From NCBI RefSeq assembly GCF_902713615.1, contig NC_052165.1, forward strand, positions 14,648,348-14,712,347: a stretch of 64,000 bases of DNA. The letters run 5' to 3'. Below, one piece after another: positions 11,411-23,647 of this stretch. The notes beneath the pieces were generated by a model. It did not search any database and was not told the origin of the DNA. It saw nothing but the letters and a program-made list of their open reading frames with translations. The position numbers were made by a program, and so were the translations under genes. Position 1 is the first letter of the stretch; each line of letters begins with the position of its first letter. The DNA comes from Scyliorhinus canicula. Its lineage: Eukaryota.

Positions 11411-11785
11411 CCCACCTTTCCATGCCCACCCCTCCCCCACCTTTCCATGCCCTCCCCTCCCCCACCTTTCCATGCCCTCCCCTCCCCCACCTTTCCATGC
11501 CCACATTTCCATGCCCACCCCTCCCCCACCTTTCCATGCCCATCCCTCCCCCACCTTTCCATGCCCACCCCTCCCCCACCTTTCCATGCATATCCCTCCC
11601 CCACCTTTCCATGTCCACCCCTCCCCCACCTTTCCATGCCCATCCATCCCCCACCTTTCCATGCCCACCCCTCCCCCACCTTTCCATGCCCACCCCTCCC
11701 CCACCTTTCCATGCCCATCCATCCCCCACCTTTCCATGCCCACCCCTCCCCCACCTTTCCATGCCCACCCCTCCCCCACCTTCCA
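11411..11785. repeat. 25-bp C-rich minisatellite, about 15 copies
   Basis: Unit ACCTTTCCATGCCCACCCCTCCCCC. Confidence 0.95.
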
Positions 11786-12089
11786 AGTGGTACCCCCTTC
11801 CCCATAGCCGCTCACACCTTCCCTGTATCTTTTCAGTCTCGAAGGCAACACTTAGTCTACCAAACGGAGAATTACGGCCTTTATTTCTGGCGGAACAGAA
11901 TTGAAAAGTAGGGAAGTTATATTCACCCTGTTTGCAAGCTTGATTAGACTGTACTTGGCGCTGGCACAGTTCTAATCGCTGTTTGTTAAAAAGATGTAAA
12001 GACACTGGAGATGGTGCAGAGAATATCTGCAGGGATGACACCAGAAGTGCATGGGTATATGTTTCAGAAAAGGGTGAACAGGTTGGCTC

Positions 12090-14290
12090 ATTTTTCCCTG
12101 GAGTCCCCCAAGGGTCTGTCCTTGATTCTTTTCCTACGCTGCTGCTCAGTGACATAATTCAAATACATGGCCAGTGGATTCTCTGTCGCTGGTAGCAGTG
12201 TTCCCAATGCGGCGGAGAATCTTGTGTCAGGCAAAAAATAGAATCGGCGCTGTTGCGATGCTCCAGTCCCCCGCTGGAGCCGGCTTTGAGATTTGCGACC
12301 AGTGCCAGAGTGAGGATGCAAATGCGTAAAATTAATACATTCGCATCTTATTAATTGACTGGATACCAGATTCTCCATGCCTCCATGATGCTCTGGGCTT
12401 GGATTCATGGGTGTTGAATTGTGCAAGTGGTTGCCAGCATGGTCCTGATTCGGTGGACCTTATCGTGGGCCAAGTGGGTATATATTTAAGGTAGGTGCCC
12501 CCAAAGTCCATCAAAGGACCCCCCCGACAATGCAAATCCTGCCCATCCCAACACTCTACCACCAGATCTCATCGGACGACCCACCAGAGATCCCCCCAAC
12601 GGACACCCCCACCAGAGACCCTCCATCAGACTCCTAACCAGAGACCCTCAGAGATGTTTATAAAGATCTAGGAGTTAAGTGCTTTCACTTAATCTTTTTC
12701 TCTGCAGAAAGTACTTAACTACTTTTAATGTGTTGATGAGCTGTCAATCATAGTTAGATGTTTATAAACATTGAGGTTAGATTCAAAGCAGGAGACGTGA
12801 GATGCATTCAAGCGTGAAGGGAAATGCAAATAAACAATCCAGACACCTGGCTGTCTGGAAGCTAATATCCTGTCAATTGCAGCCTACTAAAAGCTTTTTC
12901 TCTCAGAAAGTGAATAAAAGCCTTAGCCTCCAGGCAGGGAGGAGTGGGGATCTCTGGTATGGGGAGAAGTTTCTTATGGGGGCGGTCTCTGATATTGGGG
13001 AGTCTCTAGTGGAGGGGGGATCTCTGAAATGGTGATTCTCTGATGTGGGGATCTGTTAGGGATATGTCTGATGGGATTCTGGGGGGGTTGGGTCACCCTC
13101 ATGCATGCATACTGTGGGGTGTGACTCAGGAATTCCCGTTGTGGGAGGGAAGGATGCCCCTACTTGACAGCGGGGGGTGGCAGTATTTGTGTTGCGGGGG
13201 ATGGGGGCCAGCCGCTGGACCTCCATATCGGGTTGCCCGTTCAAAATGGCAACACCATAGCGGGATTCAAAACGGAATCCCTTGCGTTCCCCGCCATGCA
13301 CAAGTGGCAAGGGAGAGGGAATAGCTTCTTGCCGCCTCTCTTGGCCCCAGTGCAAACCAGAAACAATTCACTTCCAGTGGGAGAGCAATCTCCCATATGG
13401 AGAATCCAGCCCATGATATCAGTTTCCACATGTACACTGATGACCCCCGTCTCTACCTGCATCATTGGTCTCAACACCAACCAACCCCCCCCCCCCACCC
13501 CCGGCAACCAATGTCTCTAAATTAGTACTAGAGGAGCAGAGATTTACTTCCAACTAAATATTAAGAGCAGAACTCCCTTTTCCAGTTACTATCCCTTCTC
13601 TCTGGTAATCATCTAAGGCTGAACCATTACATTCACAAACTTAGAGTCGTATTTGACTCCAGGCTGAGAGCTTCCAACTATATATCACACCGTTGCTAAG
13701 ACCACCTTACGTTTGCCTCTGTAACATCTTTTGACCCTGGCTCTGCCTCAGTCCACATGCTGCCGAACCCTTCATTATCTGCATTATCTCAACCCCGTGC
13801 AGTCACGCTGGTCCCACATCTTCCATCCTATATAACAGTATGGTGTTGCCCATATCCTAACTCACATCAAGTCCTGTCCAGCCGCCAGCCCTGTACTGGC
13901 TGAACTTCTTTGGCTTCTGGTCGAGCTAACACTCCATTTCAAAATTGTCATCCTTGATTTCAAACCCTTCCATGGCTTTGACCATCCCTCTCTCTGTAAC
14001 CTCCCTCAACCTTGCACTGTTTGAAATCTCTGCACTTTCCAATTCTCGCCTCTGTCACTTCCCCAATTTTCAAAGCTCTACCATTGCCTTTAGTTTCCTA
14101 GACCTAAAAACATGCCCTCCCTAAACCTTCCACCTCTCTCCTTAAAGACGCTCCTTAAAACATATCTCATTGACCAGCCATTTGGTCCTCCATCCTAATG
14201 TCTTCGTAAGTTGTTCGGTCTCAAATTTTGTTTTATAATGCTCCTGTGACGTGCCTTGGGAGGTCTTGCAATTTTACATAAATGCAAGTT
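12090..14290 (+). mobile_element. Old L2-type LINE RT/3' fragment split by a TIR element
   Basis: GVPQGSVL at about 12100 continues as FHMYTDD at about 13425; L2-like 3' end CCTGTGACGTGCCTTGGG...ATAAATGCAAGTT. Confidence 0.7.
12169..13412. mobile_element. Non-autonomous Harbinger-type TIR element
   Basis: Left ..TGGATTCTC (degenerate), right GGAGAATCCAGCCC; ATG on both flanks; interrupts the L2. Confidence 0.7.
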
Positions 14291-16517
14291 CATATTCATC
14301 TGCCAGTGTGGGACAATCTTTGATATTTATTTTTCACAATTGTGATGATTCATTGAAACTGTAGTTCAGGTGCAGAGGCGAAACAGGAATGAATCATTCC
14401 ACATAATAAAGAAGGTTCAGTAATACATATGATACTATAAAAATCTGGAAGGAACAAATAGAGCGTTAGCAGTACTTTAATCTGTGGCACTTGATAATTT
14501 AGTCACTTGTCGTAATGGGATTATACAGACTTTTAAGGTAGATTGCAATAGGTTATGAAATTGTATGTACAGCATAATATGGTTCTTGAAGTTAAGTGTG
14601 TATTTTATGATTTACGTGATAGGAGGAACCTCTCATAGAATCGCAGAATCAGATAGTTAAAGAGGTTGGAGACGGACTGCCCTTGAGCAGATTGGTAACA
14701 ATGTCCATAACCTACAAGTGTTCAAGCATCAATCGTTGATTAACAGAGCCCAAATCTGTAATCGAGCCCCTGTACAAGCATTCCTATTCTCTTATGGAAA
14801 AAACAGTAATACTGTGAACACTACTTTCCATTACAATTAACTACTCGAACGATAGAGCACCGCTTTCAGATTGTTGCCTGCTGCCAGCACTTAACGGGAT
14901 TGCTAAATCATCCCTTCAATGTCAGGTCAGATATGGGTTTGTTTTAGAAAGTGAAGCTCGGCAGTGCTTCTAAGGTTTACTGTGATGAGGGGAGTCAGTG
15001 AGCTTGATGCAATTTTTCAATATAGAGAAGCAAGAAAAGAGAGCGAACCCAGAAATGCCATTTAAAGCAATACATATTGGCAAAGAGAGGGAGATATATA
15101 TAGATAGTGACTACAGCCGTAACTCACCCTGCACGTACAGACAGAAATCTCACTGAGGAATTTTCTCAATGTTGACAGCTCTGCCGAATGCTAAGGCAAC
15201 ACAAAACGTCTACAAAGTATGCCAGCAGCGAAATTTCACATACTGCTTACCCTGCCTGTGAAACTCTCTCTCTCAATGCTATTGCCTGGATCTGTGCCTT
15301 GATCCAGAGTCGCAGATGCAGAGTTAATCATTGTGTTGCTGAACCCGGGTGGAGCAAGGCATTCGGCTGGCAATTTTCTTATCCTTTGTGCTCCCAGCAA
15401 TAGAAGGTTCAGATTCATGAGCTATCAAGCTTTGCTACAGTTGCCTTCAACTTTGCTCTCTAATAAAAAAAAGGCTTAATAGAAAAGGCTCAATAGACCG
15501 GGGTGGTTCTCCCACCAAGGTATGTTTTATCCCACCAGTCATTGTGCATGTACAGAAGGAATATCAAGATTCTAAAAATATTTTCCACATGTTTTCCCTC
15601 TGTTTAAGTACAGTGGTGTTTATGCGTCACGATGAAATGGAAATATTAATGCGAGCACAAACTCTTTGATAAGGTTGGTGCTGTAAGGTTTTAAGTTGGA
15701 CAATTGGTTGAACCTCTTGTCAATTTTTGATTCTAGCCTCTCCTTGTTATGCAATGCATACTAAATACTGCTTTAGAAACTGCATGGTGTTGCTTTTGGA
15801 GAAATCCTTGAATTCGAAGTACAAAAACTGGGAGAATGATTTATGGTGATTGACAGATTTCCCGTTAGTGGTGGACCTATTTTCACAATGCACGTTTTTA
15901 TCACAATCAGAAATGAATGAACCATTTCTACAATTATCCAACGTAGTGCTGTAATAAATAATGAGTAATAAAATAACAGAAATTAACCAAAAATTATCCT
16001 TTTCAATGTTGATTAAGATAATTTGTGATCATTGTGTTGTTTCTATTGTGTTGCATTTTGAAATGCACTCAAATGCAATGTCGTTTATTATAAAAAAAAC
16101 TTTCAAGTTACAAATTGCTTTAATCTGTGGGGTTGAAATCGGCTTCCTTCAGAAAAAAAGCTGATAAAGCTGTAAAAGCTTTAATGTTCACGATTTGCTT
16201 CTTGTTCACACATCACAAGACAGTTCCCATAATTATCCTTGAACAGTACCATTGGGTCAGCCCTGTCCTGGTTTACAGAACTGTTTAAATCATCTGCTTT
16301 GAACGGTACAGCAATTTCTTTTTCTTTGTATAAAGTTGGAAGATTTTTGGGGTGTGTTAAAAGAAGCTATCAACCCGTCATTCCATCCTGCTGTGCTGTT
16401 AATTCAAAATGACCGTCACTGGGTTTTTTTTAATGGTTCCACGGGGCCAGCAAATGTTCCATTTCCTGGCAAAACTGCATTGCCACAAAGCTGACGCAGT
16501 AGCAAATGAGACCTTAC

Positions 16518-16685
16518 AGACTTCGGACCAGCTCCAAATGACCTTTAAGTGGATCTATTATCTGGAAAGTTTGTCTCGTCCTCGCAGAGTGAAGGCTCCT
16601 TTGTTTTAAAAGCCTCCAAGTCCATGAGATTTTGAACCCATTAAATGGTTCGGTGAGTTGAAAATCCTTCTTCTTCAGTGTGCAC
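16518..16685 (-). other. Candidate exon (168 nt, phase 2-2)
   Basis: Acceptor TTTTTTTTTGTTGATAACTAG, donor GTAAGG, one open frame CTLKKKDFQLTEPFNG...HLELVRS; no recognised homology. Confidence 0.3.
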
Positions 16686-17429
16686 CTAGTTATCAACAAA
16701 AAAAATCACTAGCTACACGGAGCAAGTTCAGTTCGACGGTCAACCTGAACTGACTTGGAGTTTAGTGCCCCCTTTTGGAAATAAAACGTATAAAACCGAT
16801 GGAATACATTTCGCTTGAGAGCTTTTGAACCCAAGGTGAAACATTGCAAAATCTATTGCCCAGTAAATCTCAAAAAGAACATCTGCTAATTCACCTTTTG
16901 TAGCCCTACAATTATAATAGTTTTTTTATTTGCCATTTGGTATCAAAATTCTTTATCTCTGCTGCTCTTTCGCTTCTGTTGATATTGGAATTTATATTTC
17001 TACTTGTACTTGTTTCTTAGGAAAAGACACCAGAAAATTTGATTCTGGGTAAAAGCAGAGTTCAGTGTCATTAATCTAAACGACTTCAATCAGTTATTAA
17101 TGCGCCACCTTACCCGCCACCCCAATATTTCCCATTTTGCATCTGAGGAAAGCCACGTGCAGCTGTTTCTGACTCCATGATTAAAACCACATCTAGATGG
17201 CATGTGAACAAGATGGGACTTGGTCACTGTGTACGGGAAGTAATGGCCTCAGAAAATGTAAAATCAGTAAGCTTTATTTAAAAAAATATGTATTTTAGAA
17301 ACTGTCAGAGGTTAAGTGTGACATTGAGTCCAGAGCTTTGTAAAAAGTATATATGGTTGGCCAAAAATGTTTAAAGAACACTAACTCATAAAAATGTTTT
17401 GCCAAGTGGATTTTGTTTGAAACACAGGT

Positions 17430-17852
17430 TGTAATGATATTAATCATGTTGAATTATTGGGTGGGGAAAATGCCTCCCTACCCCCTTGCTGGAGGTGAGG
17501 TGGGAGTCATCGTATAATGGGGGGAGGGGGGCATACAGAGTGGAGAGTCCGTCTTCTTTGCTTCTCCCAACAAAGGCAGGAAAGGTTGAGGTCAGCTTTC
17601 CCACCTGTGGTGATTGTATCTCAGCGTAGATGCAATACAACTGAGCAAGCACTAGAGGGAGCACGGGAGAGCTATAAATACAGAGGAACAGGAAGTGAGG
17701 AGACACTTCACAGAAGGGGGAATTGGTAGCAGGACATAGGCAAGCAGCATCGAGGTAACTAAGTTAAGTACTGAAGACAGAACAAACTCACAATAAAGCA
17801 CCTACTTCAACTTTGAGACTACGAGCTTTATTAAGACACAAGGATCAACACA
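17430..17852 (+). mobile_element. 5' LTR of a Gypsy-type element
   Basis: TG...CA ends, TATAAA at about 17674, AATAAA at about 17793, immediately followed by a PBS. Confidence 0.85.
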
Positions 17853-17867
17853 TGGTACCAGCAGTGG
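17853..17867 (+). promoter_or_regulatory. Primer-binding site, probably tRNA-Leu(UAA)
   Basis: TGGTACCAGCAGTGG directly after the LTR CA; near-complement of the vertebrate tRNA-Leu(UAA) 3' end as recalled. Confidence 0.65.
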
Positions 17868-17975
17868 CTTCAGACGCTTACTACAAGATTACTCAAGGAA
17901 AAGCTGCAGACACAGAAAGACCAAAATGGCAAGGAAATCTCCTACCGGACATTCGACGGGAAGACCTCGCTTATT

Positions 17976-18326
17976 CGATAGAACATAGAACAGTACAGCA
18001 CAAAACAGGTCCTTCGGCCCTCGATGTTGTGCCGAGCCATGATCACCCTACTCAAACCCACGCATCCACCCCATACCCGTAACCCAACAACCCCCCCCCC
18101 CCCCCAACCTTACATTTTTAGAACACTACGGGCAATTTAGCCTGGCCAATCCACCTAACCCGCACATCTTTGGACTGTGGGAGGAAACCGGAGCACCCGG
18201 AAGAAACCCACGCACACACGGGGAGGACGTGCAGACTCCGCACAGACAGTGACCCAGCCGGGAATCGAACCTGGGACCCTGGAGCTGTGAAGCATTTATG
18301 CTAACCACCATGCTACCGTGCTGCCC
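17976..18326 (-). mobile_element. HE1-type SINE inserted near the gag start
   Basis: Full head, core and tail GAGGGCCGAAGGACCTGTTTTGTGCTGTACTGTTCTATGTTCTA. Confidence 0.92.
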
Positions 18327-20236
18327 GCGGCTTTGGAACCTCACCTCAGCTGAACATAACCGGTAATGTAAGTAATGTCTGGAAAAGATTTAAACAAGTG
18401 TTCGATATATATATCATAGCTAATGATTTAGCAGCAGCCTCAGACGAAATGAAAATAGCACTGCTCATCGCAGGACATGAAGCTAGAGAAGTATATAATG
18501 GCTTTAAATACTCAAAAGATGAAGACAGCAACAACTTAGAAATAATACTAAAAACATTTGAAGAGTACTGTATGGAATTTGAACAGCGCTGTATGCGCAG
18601 AGGCCAAACTGCACAGGGACTGAGTGATGCAAAACTCAAACAATTACTATCAGAACAGAAAGGGTTCAGTCTAGAAATCGCGAGTGAAAAGTCCAGATCG
18701 AAAGGAAAAAGTAACATGAACTTTTCACAAAGACAAAACACTGAAATCCAGTTCAGATCAAAAGGAAAAAGTAACTTGAACTTCTCACATACACAAAACG
18801 CTGAAATGCAGTTCAGATCAAAAGAAAAAAGTAACTTGAACTTTTCACAAAGACAAAACCCTGAAATCCGCTGTAAAATGGGGTCAGAGTACATGTCACA
18901 GTCTCTGGGGAACAAAGAACGAAAATTTGCGTCTGCGCATGCGCAGTTAAAATCAGCCGTTTTGCGTTCTGCGCATGCGCAGTTAAAAAAAGTTTTGGCC
19001 GCGGATCGTTACACGCATGCCCAGTGTAACGAGTGCACCATTCGAAGATGGTTCTGCGCATGCGCAAGCCACGCAGGCGCAGTGGACAAAAAAAACCGCA
19101 CAGTAAAGGAAGACCGATTTGCGCATGCGCAATCGAATCCTACGCATTACGTCACGAGCGTCATGACGTCTGAGGAACCGGACCACGCCCACTTAAAAGG
19201 GAAATGCCCGAAAATTAAAAACAAGATACTTAAAGCGGTAAAACCTAATTTTCTTACCTCAAAAGACAGAAAAATGCCTGAACTTACACCAGCAGTTGAA
19301 AATAACTCTCACAACACGCTGGAACAAGCAGTCTGCACCACCCAAAGTGAAGAGAACAAAAACAATTCCAAAACAAAAGAAGATGAAGAAAACGATACCA
19401 AATTCGAAACAAAAAAAGATTTGTTTTTCGAACAATATTACTCAGACATGGCTGAGTTATTTGGATATGCAAAAAATGATGAAGAAAACGATACCAAATC
19501 CGAAGCAAAAAAAGATTATTTGTTTTCCGAACAATACTACTCAGACATGGCTGAGTTATTCGGATATGTTGATCACAGCATCAGCAACACGGTCGCAAAG
19601 CTCAACACGACTCTACTCGTGGTAGATGAATCCAACACCATGGTGCCATGGCAGATCGTCGATACATTGGATGACAGCAATACCCAAGACGAAGATGACG
19701 CCACACAGAGAGCACAGAAAGACTCCACAGAGAGAGCGATGACAGGCTCCACAATGAGAGTGATGAAAGACTCCACAAAGAGAGTGACGCGAGCCTCCAC
19801 AGACAGTTCGTTGAAAGACTCCAAAATGGAAGCAAGCAAACACTCCCTGGCGAACACCATGCATGAACAAGACCATGAAGGTCAACCCACCGTCTCTGAG
19901 CAACCGCAAGCAGACTATGAAAGTCTACCAAGCTCACATAATCAAGAAGAAGACAATGTAAATCTACCCACTGCATGCGAAAACAGTGACAAGGTGATCA
20001 CACTCGACATACGGAGGGCCAAAATCGAGATTCGGGCCGGGTGTGATTCAGTTTGCCATCTAACCGGCCAGCTCCTATTGGCATGCTCCGGATCTCGCTT
20101 AAACATGGTGTGCATATTATTAACCCCAATTTGCATTAATGTCATTCTCATCAGCCAGATTGATGTCGAATGTAACGTTCTCCTCGGGGGGGTCGGACTT
20201 GGACAGGGGGTTGAAACATTCCAGATTGGGGATTGA
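18326..20236 (+). CDS. Gag-derived long ORF of a pol-less LTR element
   Basis: Open from the SINE junction: GNVSNVWKRFKQVFDIYI..DEMKIALL.AGHEAREVYNGF and GLSDAKLKQLLSE..FSLEIA are Gypsy gag motifs; remainder is repeat-rich; the last about 75 codons read into an unrelated repeat. Confidence 0.7.
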   Translation, partial: RGFGTSPQLNITGNVSNVWKRFKQVFDIYIIANDLAAASDEMKIALLIAGHEAREVYNGFKYSKDEDSNNLEIILKTFEEYCMEFEQRCMRRGQTAQGLSDAKLKQLLSEQKGFSLEIASEKSRSKGKSNMNFSQRQNTEIQFRSKGKSNLNFSHTQNAEMQFRSKEKSNLNFSQRQNPEIRCKMGSEYMSQSLGNKERKFASAHAQLKSAVLRSAHAQLKKVLAADRYTHAQCNECTIRRWFCACASHAGAVDKKNRTVKEDRFAHAQSNPTHYVTSVMTSEEPDHAHLKGKCPKIKNKILKAVKPNFLTSKDRKMPELTPAVENNSHNTLEQAVCTTQSEENKNNSKTKEDEENDTKFETKKDLFFEQYYSDMAELFGYAKNDEENDTKSEAKKDYLFSEQYYSDMAELFGYVDHSISNTVAKLNTTLLVVDESNTMVPWQIVDTLDDSNTQDEDDATQRAQKDSTERAMTGSTMRVMKDSTKRVTRASTDSSLKDSKMEASKHSLANTMHEQDHEGQPTVSEQPQADYESLPSSHNQEEDNVNLPTACENSDKVITLDIRRAKIEIRAGCDSVCHLTGQLLLACSGSRLNMVCILLTPICINVILISQIDVECNVLLGGVGLGQGVETFQIGD

Positions 20237-21011
20237 CCCTTAGCCGGTGAGGGGAGAGGCTTTTCATCTGTGAGGCCTTCAAGCCATCTTTAAATATTGT
20301 GGATACCCATAACAGTGGCAACTACAGCTGTTGCTTGTCCGTCCTACCAAACACTTCCAGGGCAGAACCCTGTTCTTGGTTATATGCTGAAGGCCACTTT
20401 AACTTCTTTTGACTATGAGCAGCCTCTAGCTTCCCTGCTGCAGGCAATTGCTAATCAGGAATTGGCCTTGTTAGTTGTGGGAACACGTCACAGCTGCAGG
20501 TTTTGTTTGTTGCTTGTTCCTGCTGGTGGCTGCAGATGCCTGGAGGCTGCTGTTGCTGTTTCCTTCCTTATCTGTCGCCGGAAAGAAGGAAATATTTTCC
20601 TATGATACCTGGGTCCTGGAACACGAGGCTCAGGGGGAACCTGTGAGTCCAGATGTCAATCCAGTTTGAAGTAAGAAGATGCTGCGGGACCTAATGCATG
20701 ACATTGTTCCAAATGTATCACCAGCAAACACCGTTGAAGAAACGCTTTCACTGATTGCTAATGCTGTGGGTTAAGCATGGAACCCATGCCGGGAAGAGTG
20801 CTAGCTGGGAAGATATGCTCTTAAGTGGCAGCTTGTGACGTCACACAACATGCCAGGCTGATTTGACACCCGTTCTGCAAACCTGGACTGCCTTGGTTCA
20901 ATGAGCATCTTGTGAAAACCAGCTACATGACAGAGAAACACCACCCCACATCCAAATAGTGTTACGTCAATGGGCCGGTCATCCAACCTGCAAGTTCTGC
21001 TTCCTGACTGT

Positions 21012-22240
21012 TGTTACATCTTCCTGGGCGAGTGCACGGTCATTTCCAGCCCTGCAGACCCCAGAGTCCCAACATAAGTGAATTAACCAATAATATGTGT
21101 ATTTTTCTGAGATCTATAACCCTTGACTGTTCCAATGAGTTATGGGCACCAGATTTGTAAGCAAAACATTTTTAAAAACCTGTTTATTTATAACACGAGT
21201 AAAAGATGAACATATACTGCAAATAATGGAACAATGGTCTACTAGTCTAGCTATTCCCAAACCCCGTCCCACCCTCCACCTAGACACACACAAGACAAAC
21301 ATACAGTGGGGCAGGGAAAGGATTTAAAAATAATAAGGATTAAAAGGCATAAGATGGTTCTTTGCTGAGGTAACGGTCTTTGTAGCCAGCGATTTTCTAA
21401 TGGTGGTCTTCAGCCAGAATCTGCAAGCTGTAGAATGCTATCTGGTAAGTCACTTTCACTTTTAACAATCGGGATCTTCACACTGAGAATTCTCCCCCCC
21501 CCCCCCTCCCCATAGCAATTCTAGCCTCTGTCCATCATCTGGACTATCAGCCTCACTGAGTTGAAACTACAGTCCTCAGCATGAGGGTTTTAAGTGGGCT
21601 TTTAAGCATCCCGTCTCCTTGCTCTGATCCATCCAGAACAATCCAACAGAGGGGAGAGGATTTCGAGGACTGGCTTCACAGTCCTTTATTGGGATAAAAA
21701 TGTCCACAGCCCACAGCTCCTCTCATAGGTCACTTCCACGGGTTAGCTGGAGACATTTAAATCGGCAGACCTTTCAGCAGAGTATTTACACTTTCACCGA
21801 CCTGGCGGAAGACACATAAAGCAGAAGTTACTTCCCCAAGCTGGCGAGGAGCATTCAAATCGCCCGGCCAAGAGCTGCGAGAAAGCTGAGACTGGCTATA
21901 TGCTGCGTCCTAGGATTTCACAGAACTAAGAGACAATGGAGCTCTTCTCCTGACCCACCTTTCTTCCGGAAGTTTCTGAATGTCCCCACTAATCGCAAGT
22001 AAGAACAGATGTCCCAGAACGTCAGACGCACTGATTGGCTGCTAGCCAAGTCCATCAAAATGGCATCACGGGCTCTGCCACTGAGCATCAAGGAGAGGTC
22101 TGGGCTAGTACATTAAACGAGGGGTGTTTTCAGTTTGACCAAATTGACCAAGGTCTACAGTTTAAAACAAAACTGATTGATGCAGGGACAGCGATAGAAA
22201 AGAGAAACACAAAGCAGACAGATTTAACAAGTCCCTTACA
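21012..22240 (-). mobile_element. Solo LTR (1229 bp)
   Basis: TG...CA ends flanked by exact 4-bp TSD CTGT. Confidence 0.8.
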
Positions 22241-22549
22241 CTGTGGTAAGGGAATGGCAGAGAGGTTTTGTGACGGAAAATTTGCAATGGTTATGGAAGC
22301 TGCAATGGTAGTGCCTCTGGATCTGCAACATCATAGGGAAATGGATCTGAAGCTCCAGAGAGGGGAAGCTCTGTGAGGAGGAAGGGGGCCTACTGTGACG
22401 AGGAAGGATCACTGCTTCAACTCTGCCTAAGCCAGGGGCAATTTGTTGAGACTCACCAAGGGGGTAGTCAGTGAACAGTGCCACCTCTTTCAACAGACCT
22501 GCACGACAATGACAGCCAGCAGCCATCAAGGTCACTTCCAGCTCCTCCG

Positions 22550-22860
22550 AACATAGAAAATAGAAGCAGAAGTAAGTCATTCAGCCCTCGGGCTTGCTCC
22601 GCCATTCATGGCTCATTTGTTTGTGTTTCTAATTCTACATTCCATCTACCCCCAATAATCTTTCATTCCCTTGCATAACAAGAATACCTCTACATCCACC
22701 TTAAAAATACCCAATGACCCCATCTTGACCGCCTCCTGAGACTCCACCTTAAAAATACCCAATGACCCCACCTCGACCGCCTTCTGAGACTCCACCTTAA
22801 AAATACCCAATGACCCCACCTCGACCGCCTTCTGAGACAGAGTTCCAAAGTCGGACAAGG
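22550..22860 (-). mobile_element. CR1 3' fragment with a 48-bp triplication
   Basis: CR1 tail plus three copies of TCCACCTTAAAAATACCCAATGACCCCACCTCGACCGCCTTCTGAGAC at 22694-22837. Confidence 0.8.
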
Positions 22861-23647
22861 AGGAGGTGGCATTGTAAACATTTCCTATTTCTCCATCCAT
22901 CACTGTCTCCATGATTTAACAGAGGCCGTGGAGAGGAGAGTTCATTGTCTTCTTTCGAAGACAATCAGAATAAGTGGGTACATGGCCTTGCCTGCTTTTG
23001 CGGGATGCTAAGGATTGCAAACATGTGGCACTTTGGTCACAAGTGTTAATGGAGTAATATATAGGCAACACGAAGGATTGTACTCCATTAGCATGTAATT
23101 GGTGTGCGCAGTATCCAAACCATCACATCGATGAGTGCCTACTATGCTGGCAACAGTCACAGCACTGCAACATAAGGCAATGTCCTGTTCCTGCTGTCTT
23201 CAGGCCACCACAAAGAACCAAAGGCTGGCAGTTTGGAAACAAAGAATACTGTCTGTATACATGGCTGATGACTCCCCTCCACTAGCAATGAAAGCAATGT
23301 TGTCATCATGAACATAGTCGCGTAAACCATCAACACTCCCAAGCTATGATTCTGTTGTCTGAACTCCCAAACTACACATGGGGAACCCTACAATCTCTGC
23401 TGATGCATTTATCCATGGTAGTCTACTGCACCCTCCACAGCCTCGCTATTAGAATGGCACAGCCATTACCAGCAGACATAAGGAGGTCACCTTCGGAAAA
23501 GGAGGAGGGATCTGGGACCCCTTCACTCCAAGTTGTATATGGAAGCCCACTGATTCTCCGGATTCCTTAGAATGTCTGGGCCTAGCTGACTGGGAGGCAA
23601 CAGCAAGGGAATTAGCAAGAATGGTGTTGTTGGGAGCACAGACAGGG

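Noticed and set aside
11096-12155. Gly/Trp- and Pro/His-rich ORFs of 140-270 aa
   Set aside because: Products of the stop-free 25-bp minisatellite
20297-21000. Possible continuation (pol) of the LTR element or DIRS RT start
   Set aside because: No convincing protease, RT or integrase motif in any frame I could read
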